A stretch of 64,000 nt of DNA, from contig CAWKKR010000007.1 in assembly GCA_963850305.1 (NCBI GenBank), positions 640,001-704,000 on the forward strand, given 5' to 3'. The notes below the pieces were generated by a model, which did not search any database, had not been told where the DNA came from, and saw only the letters and a program-made list of their open reading frames with translations. The position numbers and the translations under genes are program-made. Shown here piece by piece: positions 19,698-28,244 of the stretch. How positions within the stretch are numbered: position 1 is the first letter of the stretch; every line of letters starts with the position of its first letter. Origin of the DNA: an uncultured delta proteobacterium. GTDB taxonomy: Bacteria; Myxococcota_A; Polyangia; Polyangiales; Polyangiaceae.

Positions 19698-21206
19698 TCA
19701 AGGGGCGCTCCGTTCGCATGCGAGGAGCGTCGCGTAGTATCGGGCGGCGCTCCCCCCTCTCTCGAGCAGGGCGGACGCCTCGTGGAGCGTCTCATAGGCG
19801 CGCTTCAATCGCAGGACGCGGGCTTCCTGGACTTCCAGAGCCGACAGTTCTCGGTCGACGCGGTCGACTTCTTCCTGACACTCGGCACGCGAGGCGGCTT
19901 CCTGGGAATGCTCCAGGATCGCTCGAATGGGCTCGCGGTTCCGGGTGAACTCGCTTTCGAAGTCGGGATGAAATGGATCGTCCAGGGCCGGCCACTTTTC
20001 GAGCAGTCGGGAGCTGAGCTGCGCTTCGGCTTCGGAGAGCGCATCTTCCGCGTCGTCCATGGCATCATTCAGCTCGTCGAGCTGGTGCTCGACGTCCGTC
20101 CAGCGCTTCTCGACGGCGGCCTCGTCGCGGAGGCCGAGCGCCGCGCCGAGCTGATCGACGACCGCGTCCTCCTCCGGCAGTATCTTTCGATCGATGGGCG
20201 CGCTTCCGTGTTCCACGCTCCGGAGCCAGCGCTCCGAGGTGGTCGTCGGGACGTCGAACGAGTTCGCGGCGATGGTCGCGCGCGCGTGCGCTTCGAGCAA
20301 GCTCACGATGCCGTCGTGATTGAAGTCGACGAGATCCGGCGCGAGGGGACGCCCGGAGCGGTCGGTCATGCCGAGCGCGTGGATGAAGTGTAGCCCGTAG
20401 CTCTCCTGCGCGCGCCGGTCGGGGTTCGCATCGCAGCCGCTCGTTTCACGGTCCCACGTGCCGGCGAACAGGCCGCACCGTGGCGCGCGGCTGGGTCCCT
20501 GGCGCTCGTCGGCGTGCGCGAACGCGAGCTCGGCGAACCCGCCCGAAAAGCAGGAGGTCGCGATCAGCCGGAGCGGGCGCGTCGAGGTCTCGTCCAGCTC
20601 GGCGAGCCGGGCGACGGTGAGGGGTCGCCCGCCCCAGAGCGCGATCGAATTCTCGCGCGCCGTCTCGCCCTGGTCGCCGTGGGCGGCGACGTACAGTAGG
20701 AGAGGCGGGCCCGGCTCTTCGAGCACTCCAGAGAGTTGTCGTTCGACATTGTCCACGTCCGCCCGCTCGGCCCAGAACCTCGGCCTTCGATAATGGCTGT
20801 CGCGACCAGCGCGCGGGGAAAGTAGCTCGCCCAGCTCCGTTCTCAGCGCGTCGCCGCGCGCCGCGGCATCCAGCTCCCGCACGCTTTCCGAGTCGCTGCC
20901 CCCGGCGAACAGCACCAGACCCGGCGGCGGGAGCGTCGAACGCACGAGCTCGATATCCTGCTCCAGGGACACCTCCGTGCTCTCGGGCGTCGCGCCCCCG
21001 CCCACCAGGAGATACCGTAACGGCCCGGCAATCCTGGGCATTCGAACCGGCTCGGGCGGCCGCGCCGACGATACAGGGCCCGTCGCTACGGGCGCGTGCC
21101 GTGAACCCTCGACGCGGAGTTGGGAGGTCCTCTTCTGGCCGCAAGCGTCGAGACAGAGGAGAGAAAGGACCGCCGTGGCCGTGAGTCGGAACGAGCCTCC
21201 TGTCAT
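19698..21206 (-). CDS. Lipoprotein with a caspase/legumain-like (clan CD) cysteine peptidase domain and C-terminal coiled coil
   Basis: Signal peptide ending CLDAC; LLLYVAAHG (His-Gly) and LIATSCFSGGF (Cys) dyad; EF-hand-like DFNHDGIVSLLE; acidic heptad tail. Confidence 0.6.
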   Translation of the reverse strand: MTGGSFRLTATAVLSLLCLDACGQKRTSQLRVEGSRHAPVATGPVSSARPPEPVRMPRIAGPLRYLLVGGGATPESTEVSLEQDIELVRSTLPPPGLVLFAGGSDSESVRELDAAARGDALRTELGELLSPRAGRDSHYRRPRFWAERADVDNVERQLSGVLEEPGPPLLLYVAAHGDQGETARENSIALWGGRPLTVARLAELDETSTRPLRLIATSCFSGGFAELAFAHADERQGPSRAPRCGLFAGTWDRETSGCDANPDRRAQESYGLHFIHALGMTDRSGRPLAPDLVDFNHDGIVSLLEAHARATIAANSFDVPTTTSERWLRSVEHGSAPIDRKILPEEDAVVDQLGAALGLRDEAAVEKRWTDVEHQLDELNDAMDDAEDALSEAEAQLSSRLLEKWPALDDPFHPDFESEFTRNREPIRAILEHSQEAASRAECQEEVDRVDRELSALEVQEARVLRLKRAYETLHEASALLERGGSAARYYATLLACERSAP

Positions 21207-21400
21207 GTTCGCGCCAGACAGTAACTGTCGGGCACCGTCCCGGATCGAAAAAAACTGGGAGCGTCGAGTGGCGCGCGGGTGCGGTGCTGAGCACGATATC
21301 GAGCAGCCTGCCAGATCAGCGAGCGAGCCAGCCGGTCGAGGACCGAGGCCTCGCCCGACCGCCGCGTCCATGCGAGATCCTGGCAATCTTCGAGACCGAG

Positions 21401-23329
21401 ATGACCGACACTCGCTCCCCAGCATCCACCGAAGCCAATCAGGGCCGAGAGTGGACGCTATCGACGACGTTCACCGTCGGCTTCGTCGTCGCGTTCGCGC
21501 TCTTCGTCATGGCGAGCGTTGCCGGCTTTCGCGAGCAGCGTCACGTCGCCGAGTCGGGCAACTGGGCCAAACATACGTTCGATGTGGTGGACCAGTCGCA
21601 GATCATCTTGCGGACCCTCGCCGACGCGGAAGATGGGCATCGCAGCTATTTGCTCACGGGTTCCGAACGATATCTCGAACCATACGATGACGCGATCCGG
21701 TCACTTCCTGGAGAGATCACCGCTCTGGAACGCACCGGCGTGGACGATCCCGCACAGCAGCGGCGACTCTTCGCGATCCGTCCGCTCGTCAATGCGGATC
21801 TCGCCGAACTCGAATCCACCATCGAGCTCCGCCGGTCCGGAAACGCGCAGGAGGCGACCCGGCGCCTCTGGCTCCGCTCGAGAGCCGACCACGGCACGCT
21901 TCAGCGACTCCGGATTCTGGTTCGAGACTTCCAGGATACCGAGCGCAATATCGTCCAGCAGCGTATTCAGGCGGGAGTCGTGCGCGCCCACCTGACACGT
22001 GAGTGCATCTTGCTCGCCACGCTCCTCGGCGCGGCGCTGGCGATCGCATCGCTCGTTGGAATGAACCGACAGAGTCAGCGCAGGATCGTCGCCGAACGGG
22101 AGTTTTCGCGCATCCGGATCGCTCAGCAGGAAGCACGGCTCAAGCTCGAGGAACGTAACCGGGCGGTGTCCGCGCTCCGGGCGGCTCAGCTGAGTGCGGA
22201 GGAGGCGAATCGCTCCAAGGACGAGTTCCTGGCGCTCCTGTCGCATGAGCTCCGTTCTCCTCTCAACGCGATCCTGGGTTGGGTCACCTTGCTACGCCGC
22301 GGAGCGCTCACATCCGAAAAGACGGGACACGCTCTCGAGACGATCGAGCGTAACGTCCATCTTCAGGCGCAGCTCGTGGACGATTTGCTCGACGTCTCTC
22401 GGATCGCGTCCGGGAAGCTCGTGCTCGACGAAGGCGCGGTCGATCTCGATGCCGTGGTCCGTGTCGCAATCGAAAACGTACGACCCTCGGCGGACGCGAA
22501 GGGCGTCGGCCTGCACGCGTCGCTGTCCTTGACGTCGGGGGCCGTCGTCCTTGGCGACGAGAAGCGACTTCAGCAGGTCGTGAGCAACCTCCTCACCAAC
22601 GCGGTCAAATTCACGCCGCGCCGCGGGAGCATCGCCGTCAAGCTCGAGGCTGAAAGCGGAGAAGCCGTGCTCGCAGTGACGGACACGGGCATCGGCATCG
22701 AGCCAGAATTTTTGCCACACGTGTTCGACCGCTTCCGTCAAGCGGACGGCACCATGACCCGCAAGCACGGCGGGCTCGGACTCGGGCTCTCCATCGTGCG
22801 GACGCTCACCTCGCTCCACAACGGACGGGTGGAAGCGACGAGCGAAGGACTCGGGCGCGGCTCGACGTTCCGCGTCCGCCTCCCGCTTCGAGACATCGAG
22901 CCGGATGTGTCGCGCGCGGGTGGCGAGCTGGAGAGCGCGGGACTCCGAGGAGTGAAGGTGGTCGTCGTCGAGGACGACGAGGACGCTCGAGACGCCCTCT
23001 GTCTGGCACTGGAGCAGAGCGGCGCCGTCGTGAACCCGTGCGCCTCCACGAGCGAAGCGCTGACCCTCCTCGATCACCTCACGCCGGACCTGATCGTCAG
23101 CGACATCGGCATGCCGGGTGAAGACGGCTACCGCTTCATGCGCCGCGTCCGCGCGCGCGAGGAGGCTCACGTCGCAGCCATCGCGGTCACCGGGTTCGCG
23201 AGCAAGGAAGACCAGGAAGAAGCCGCGCGATCCGGCTTCGACATCCACATCGCCAAACCCGTGCTCCCCGACGTCATCGTCGCGAAAGCGCGCGACCTTT
23301 TGGAACGAAGGCGCGCCGCGACGGCGTGA
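21401..23329 (+). CDS. CHASE3 sensor hybrid histidine kinase (HisKA, HATPase, REC)
   Basis: DAEDGHRSYLLTG..YLEPY (CHASE3), LSHELRSPL, NLLTNAVKFT, DTGIGI, GLGLGL; receiver VVEDD, SDIGMP and KP. Confidence 0.93.
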   Translation: MTDTRSPASTEANQGREWTLSTTFTVGFVVAFALFVMASVAGFREQRHVAESGNWAKHTFDVVDQSQIILRTLADAEDGHRSYLLTGSERYLEPYDDAIRSLPGEITALERTGVDDPAQQRRLFAIRPLVNADLAELESTIELRRSGNAQEATRRLWLRSRADHGTLQRLRILVRDFQDTERNIVQQRIQAGVVRAHLTRECILLATLLGAALAIASLVGMNRQSQRRIVAEREFSRIRIAQQEARLKLEERNRAVSALRAAQLSAEEANRSKDEFLALLSHELRSPLNAILGWVTLLRRGALTSEKTGHALETIERNVHLQAQLVDDLLDVSRIASGKLVLDEGAVDLDAVVRVAIENVRPSADAKGVGLHASLSLTSGAVVLGDEKRLQQVVSNLLTNAVKFTPRRGSIAVKLEAESGEAVLAVTDTGIGIEPEFLPHVFDRFRQADGTMTRKHGGLGLGLSIVRTLTSLHNGRVEATSEGLGRGSTFRVRLPLRDIEPDVSRAGGELESAGLRGVKVVVVEDDEDARDALCLALEQSGAVVNPCASTSEALTLLDHLTPDLIVSDIGMPGEDGYRFMRRVRAREEAHVAAIAVTGFASKEDQEEAARSGFDIHIAKPVLPDVIVAKARDLLERRRAATA

Positions 23330-23442
23330 ACGGTTCCTGTCGCGCAAGGACGTTCGGTCAGTCGCTTACCGTCGATTGAAGGCATCCAAGTCGGCATTGA
23401 AGGCATCCAATCGGCCAGCGAAGCAGGCCGCGACGGCGTGAA
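23315..23442. repeat. Nested direct repeats in a convergent intergenic region
   Basis: GCCGCGACGGCGTGAA at 23315-23330 and 23427-23442; ATTGAAGGCATCCAA at 23375-23389 and 23396-23410. Confidence 0.85.
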
Positions 23443-23447
23443 GGGCC

Positions 23448-25844
23448 TTACTCCGCGGCGACGGAGCGCGTGCTGGCCGGCAGAGTCACACCCTCCGGGG
23501 CTTTCGCGTATTCGCGGATCTGGACCTCCCCGGATTCGAGCTGACGGAAGCTCGGATAGAGCTCCGGGTATCCTCGATCGAACCGGGGGCCTTTGAAGCC
23601 CCTCCGGATCGCGGGCATCACGCAGAAGAAACCGGAGAAGGATTCCGCGAGGCGTGCGAGTTTTCGTTCGGTGGGCGTGAGATTGACGCCCTCCTCGAGA
23701 CGACGCTTCTCCTCTTCTTCGTGCGGCGAAGCGTAAGCGGTGATGAGACGCAGCTTCTGCGCCTCGAAGGTCATGGACTCGAACCGGAAGATGGACAAGA
23801 GATAGAGGCCCGACTCGGGCGTCATCTCCGGCAGCCGCGCGATGACCGAGAGCGGCTCGGCCATCGTCGCGAGATAGTCATCCCTGCCTTCGGCGATGAC
23901 GTGGTGCGTGACCATCCAGAGCTCGAAGTAATTCCTCGCCGGGATCGTCGCCTTCCAGCGCCCGAGATAGTGGGGCTCGAGCCGCGCCACGAGGAGCATG
24001 CTGAACCGCCCCAGAAGACGGCTTAGCGCTCGGAGATCACGGCGTCCAAACCGCTCGCGCACCCGCGCGACGACATCGGGAAGCGACTCGAACGTGACCC
24101 GCTCTTCCCTGGCGAGCATGGGCAAGAACTCGTCCCAGAACCGACGGACGTCTTCACCCGTCAGATCCCCGCCTTCGATCAGGGCAAGATCCATGGGATC
24201 TTCGCGACGCGCAACCGAGCGCTGCATCAGCACGCTGAGCTTCGAGCGGCGTCGCCAGAAGATCGCGTCGAAGTGCCATTGCTCGGGCTCGGGGAGAAAG
24301 TCTTCCCAGAAGTGCGGATCGAACCCGCGCGGCGGTGCGTGCGGACCGACGTAGGTGCGCTTCCACCAGTCCCCGGTGTCGAAGTGCTCCTTCACGCTGA
24401 CGGATTCGAGCATGATCGTGCTCACGCGCGCGACCTTCGGCGGCTCGGGGTGGCTCTCGAGCGCTTCGCTCTTCAAGAAATCGAGCCCGTGCCCCTCGAG
24501 GATGCGCTGCAAAAGTACGTCGGCGCCCGGTCGCGAGCCATAGCTGTACGGATCCCACGGACCGACGATGCTGCTGATGAGGCTCGTCGGGTTCATGCCG
24601 AACGTCTCGTAGATGACGGCTTGATCCCCTCGCGGATGGTGCGGCGCGACGAACTTGGGCGGCGATTTCGGATGAGTCGGCGAGAAGTGGAAGACGAGCT
24701 CGTGCCACTCCTTCTCGTCCCAGCTCACCTCGGCGAGCAGCGACATCTTCACGTCCGGCGAGGTGTGCGGCGGAAACACCCCGTACGGGTGGAGCCAGCG
24801 GAACGGGTGGAGCAGCCGGAAGAACCTCAGCGGAAGCTGGAGGATCTCCGGGAGCCGGTACCACGCGGACCAGAGGTGCCAGCTCTGCCCGATCCAGCTG
24901 TTGAACAGGAACGCGAAGCAGCACGACACGGTGTGGACGACGACGAACGCGTTCACGACGACCGGCGCGCCCGCGGCGAACATTCCGGCGATGTGAAGGT
25001 GCGTCGGCGTGACGTTGTCGAGCAGGGGAATGCACGCGGCGATGGTGAGCACGCTGAAGTACCCGAAGCTCCCCATCAAGTGGATGCCGATCATGAGGAG
25101 CGTCGTTACCGCGGCGCACACGACGCTGAGTGGGCCCGGCACGAACACGAAGAAGGGCGCGGGGATCTCCGCGAAGAACATGAACAGGACGGCTGGCTTC
25201 AGAAGCTTCGTCGGGAGCTTTTGCGCGTACCACCCGAGCGGAGAGGGCAGCGGCTGGGACAGCAAGAAACCTTTCAGGTACGAGAGATCCTTCGACGTGC
25301 TGCCGAGGAATTTCTGTTTGCCGAATCCGAACATGACGCGGAAGACGAGCAGCCGGTACGCCCACGCGAGCGCGGGAGCCGGAGCGGCGACGGCGCTCAG
25401 ATTCGGCAGGGAGTGTGTCGGAGGGATGAACAGCGCCAGGATGACGCACTCGAACATCAGGCAGTCCCACGGGAAGATCAGGCCGATCGCCAGATCGAGG
25501 GACAGGTAGCAGACGTAACAGACGAGAATCGCCCAGAACGAGAACGCGCCCCCGTAAACCAGCGCGGCGGCGGCCAGGAGCCCGGTGCACGCGAGCGCGC
25601 GCAGCATGGCGTCGCTGTCGTTCACCCAGAGCAGCGTCGGAAAATAAACGAAACGCCGCCAGGTGGGGAAATCTCGACGGATCTTCCGGAGTCGAAGCGC
25701 GACGGGTAAGCCGCCGCCGCGGCCGGAGCCCAGCACGATCTGGCCCGCGAGCGACGCGAAGGAGATGAGCAGCACGAGCCCGAGCGCCCGCGTGAACAGT
25801 CCCCACACGAGCTCGGGGCGCAGCGACGCCAGCCAGTCGAACAT
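23448..25844 (-). CDS. Lipase maturation factor (LMF1)-family membrane protein with long C-terminal extension (paralogue 1)
   Basis: LF.R.LGLV.LISF.SL..Q, FPTLLW, PWDCLMFE, LLVFRVMFGFGK.K, QPLPSPLGWY, YGVFP and PPKFVAPHHPRGD LMF motifs. Confidence 0.82.
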   Translation of the reverse strand: MFDWLASLRPELVWGLFTRALGLVLLISFASLAGQIVLGSGRGGGLPVALRLRKIRRDFPTWRRFVYFPTLLWVNDSDAMLRALACTGLLAAAALVYGGAFSFWAILVCYVCYLSLDLAIGLIFPWDCLMFECVILALFIPPTHSLPNLSAVAAPAPALAWAYRLLVFRVMFGFGKQKFLGSTSKDLSYLKGFLLSQPLPSPLGWYAQKLPTKLLKPAVLFMFFAEIPAPFFVFVPGPLSVVCAAVTTLLMIGIHLMGSFGYFSVLTIAACIPLLDNVTPTHLHIAGMFAAGAPVVVNAFVVVHTVSCCFAFLFNSWIGQSWHLWSAWYRLPEILQLPLRFFRLLHPFRWLHPYGVFPPHTSPDVKMSLLAEVSWDEKEWHELVFHFSPTHPKSPPKFVAPHHPRGDQAVIYETFGMNPTSLISSIVGPWDPYSYGSRPGADVLLQRILEGHGLDFLKSEALESHPEPPKVARVSTIMLESVSVKEHFDTGDWWKRTYVGPHAPPRGFDPHFWEDFLPEPEQWHFDAIFWRRRSKLSVLMQRSVARREDPMDLALIEGGDLTGEDVRRFWDEFLPMLAREERVTFESLPDVVARVRERFGRRDLRALSRLLGRFSMLLVARLEPHYLGRWKATIPARNYFELWMVTHHVIAEGRDDYLATMAEPLSVIARLPEMTPESGLYLLSIFRFESMTFEAQKLRLITAYASPHEEEEKRRLEEGVNLTPTERKLARLAESFSGFFCVMPAIRRGFKGPRFDRGYPELYPSFRQLESGEVQIREYAKAPEGVTLPASTRSVAAE

Positions 25845-25850
25845 GGCGTG

Positions 25851-25856
25851 ATTCTA
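25851..25856 (-). promoter_or_regulatory. Putative -10 box (TAGAAT) 6 nt before the LMF ATG; leaderless-type
   Basis: Minus strand reads CTG-TAGAAT-CACGCC-ATG(25844). Confidence 0.45.
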
Positions 25857-25948
25857 CAGTGGTCGCCCGGCGGGCGGGACGATTACAGTGGGCTTTCCGC
25901 GCCGCGCATCCTCGGGTTCGACGCCCTGCGGCGTGAATGGCGCGCTCG

Positions 25949-26488
25949 CTACCTATGGACGGAGACGTGGACGTGCGACGCGTCCTCGTAGAAGACCCAG
26001 TCGAACCCCGCCTCGACCGCGAGCCGCGCGAGTCGACCGAGGCGCTTCGAGTCCACGTCGGAGGTCGTGATGTCGGCGGCGCGGCCCTCGTAGTGGATGC
26101 TGTTCGTGCCGTGCTCGTGGAGTTCGTCCCAGGCTTCCGTCACTCGCAGTCGCAGGTCCGGCCACTCTCGCTCGACGAGCGGCGCGAGTCTTCGGAGCTT
26201 GGCGCGAAGTCGGGGCGTCATCATGCGGTCCGCGCCCGTGCCTTCCTCGTCCTTGAAGACGATGTCCGGCGAATCGCACCGCACCAGCCGCGAATATTCG
26301 ACGCTCCCGCGTTCCACCCGTTCCGAGATGGCGCCGACCGCGCCGATCTCTCCCGTGTCGGGAACGCGCTCGCCGAGTCGAAGAGGACGCTCCGACGCTT
26401 CCCATCGGGATAGCCCGACGGTACCCGGGAAGTTGTCGGAACAGGCGATCGCCAGAAGGGCGATCACGACGAGGGTCTTCTGCGACAT
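25949..26488 (-). CDS. Hedgehog N-terminal signalling domain homologue (Hh/DD-peptidase fold), predicted lipoprotein
   Basis: PDIVFKDEEGTGADRMMT, WPDLRLRVTEAWDE, HYEGRAADITTSD and LARLAVEAGFDWVFYE...HVHVSV closely match animal Hh-N; signal MSQKTLVVIALLAIAC; alternative start 26521. Confidence 0.92.
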   Translation of the reverse strand: MSQKTLVVIALLAIACSDNFPGTVGLSRWEASERPLRLGERVPDTGEIGAVGAISERVERGSVEYSRLVRCDSPDIVFKDEEGTGADRMMTPRLRAKLRRLAPLVEREWPDLRLRVTEAWDELHEHGTNSIHYEGRAADITTSDVDSKRLGRLARLAVEAGFDWVFYEDASHVHVSVHR

Positions 26489-26649
26489 CGCGGCGTCGGG
26501 GCGAAGTGCACCCGCAGCCATGGATCGTCGCAGGGTACGCGGAGCCCCGGCAAGAAAACGACGGCGGCGACGGCGCCGGACCTCCGCAATGACGAACCCA
26601 GCCCGTCATCGCGGGAGCAAGGGCGCTTTCGACCCCGCGATCTCCGAGG

Positions 26650-26901
26650 TCAGTGCGTCTTTTTGGGCATGTCCGCGTTCGCGATTCGGTCTTTGGCCTT
26701 CGGAGGCATGGCGTTCACGAACGAGTCGATCTCGCGTTCGGCTTGTTCCTTATGAAAGCCGTAGCGGTGCTGAAGGCGCCCGAGGAGCATGTCCTTCTTG
26801 CCAGCGATCGTCTCGAGATCGTCGTCCGTGAGCTTGCCCCAGTGGCTCCGGATCTTTCCCTTCAACTCTTTCCAATTACCTTGCAACGCGTCCCAGTTCA
26901 T
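26650..26901 (-). CDS. CsbD-family stress protein
   Basis: MNWDALQGNWKELKGKIRSHWGKLTDDDL...G.LQ.RYG; AAGGAG-like RBS upstream. Confidence 0.9.
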   Translation of the reverse strand: MNWDALQGNWKELKGKIRSHWGKLTDDDLETIAGKKDMLLGRLQHRYGFHKEQAEREIDSFVNAMPPKAKDRIANADMPKKTH

Positions 26902-27169
26902 GACGGCAAACGCTCCTTCCGACGATGGGCCGCCGGGCACGGCCGGCCGACGTCTTCTCCGACGAGGTGCAGCCGGCGTGCCAGTGTTTCGGAGCAAACT
27001 CCCGCGGAAATCGCCCTGCCGTGCGTGGCAAAATGTCGCCGGGCGTGTCCCTTCGCTCGGGCACGCCTTTCGGACCCGGCGTTCAGCCATTGCCAAATCG
27101 AGACGTCGGGCTCGAAGTTCGGGATATGCTCGCGCCCCCTTTGCCGAGCGCCCCGGGGAATGAGCTTCA

Positions 27170-28237
27170 ATGAACTTCCGCAAGGGCTTGGGATTGGTCG
27201 CCGTGATCGCCACGGCGATCGCGGGCGGAGATCTCGAGTGCAGTCACGTCCAGCAGACGGCCGAGCAGCAGCATGGCGGCGAGCTCTACGAGCGGATGTG
27301 CTCGGTGTGTCACGGTCGTGCGGGTGAAGGGTACAAGGCCGATCAGGCTCCCGCCCTCCGCAACGCCGCGTTCCTCGGAACCGTGACGGACGAGTATCTG
27401 AGGGCCGCAATCACGAACGGCCGCCACGGCACGACGATGTCCGCCTGGGCGCGCTGGCACGGTGGGCCACTGACTCAGCCGGACATAGAGTCCGTCGTCT
27501 CTTTCATTCACACGTGGGATCCGTCCGCGCGCCCGGCCCTCGATCAGGCGCCTTCACGCGGAGATGCGCTAAGGGGGGCAACGACATTCGCGAGCCAGTG
27601 TGCGAAGTGTCACGGCGCTCGCGGGACGGGCGGACCCAACGTGAACATCGGCAATCCGCAGCTCCTCTCGATGGCGAGCAACGGCTTCCTGCGCTACGCG
27701 ATTCGTTACGGCCGGCAAGGGACGGCCATGCCCGCGTTCGAGCCGACGCTCGGCGACGCGAAGATCGAAGACCTGCTCGCGTTCCTTCGCAACCTTCAGG
27801 CGACGGCCGCTCCCCCTCCGCCGGCTCTCCCGTCGCGTCCACCGCCGATCCCGCTCGGTCCCGTGCCGCTCAATCCCAAGGGTCCGGAGCCCGTCGGCTT
27901 TCACCCGAGTCCGGCGACCACGCCTGCGGAGGTCATTCACGCACAGCTAGAGAGGGGCGCGAAGATGGCGCTTCTCGATGCGCGTGCGCCGTCGGACTAC
28001 ACGGTGCAGCATATCGCTGGGGCGGTCAGCGTTCCCTTCTACGACCCCGGTCCGTACCTCGCGTTGCTGCCCAAGGATGCCTGGCTCGTCTGTTACTGCG
28101 CGTGCCCTCACGCGGAGTCCGGGCAACTCGCACAGAGGCTCGTCGCAAGCGGATTTTCGAAAGTCACCGTTCTGAACGAGGGCCTCGGCTTCTGGCGCTC
28201 CAAAGGCTTCCCCACCCACGCGGGCACGGCGCCCTGA
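27170..28237 (+). CDS. Exported di-heme c-type cytochrome fused to a rhodanese-like domain
   Basis: Signal peptide; CSVCH...MSAW and CAKCH...MPAF heme/Met motifs; LLDAR...HIAGAVSVP and VCYCACPH rhodanese motifs. Confidence 0.85.
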   Translation: MNFRKGLGLVAVIATAIAGGDLECSHVQQTAEQQHGGELYERMCSVCHGRAGEGYKADQAPALRNAAFLGTVTDEYLRAAITNGRHGTTMSAWARWHGGPLTQPDIESVVSFIHTWDPSARPALDQAPSRGDALRGATTFASQCAKCHGARGTGGPNVNIGNPQLLSMASNGFLRYAIRYGRQGTAMPAFEPTLGDAKIEDLLAFLRNLQATAAPPPPALPSRPPPIPLGPVPLNPKGPEPVGFHPSPATTPAEVIHAQLERGAKMALLDARAPSDYTVQHIAGAVSVPFYDPGPYLALLPKDAWLVCYCACPHAESGQLAQRLVASGFSKVTVLNEGLGFWRSKGFPTHAGTAP

Positions 28238-28244
28238 CGACCTC

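Noticed and set aside
25949..26521. Eukaryotic contamination as the source of the Hedgehog-like gene
   Set aside because: Intronless, GC3-rich codons like its neighbours, bacterial lipobox, embedded between bacterial genes with no junction signs; read mapping is still advisable.
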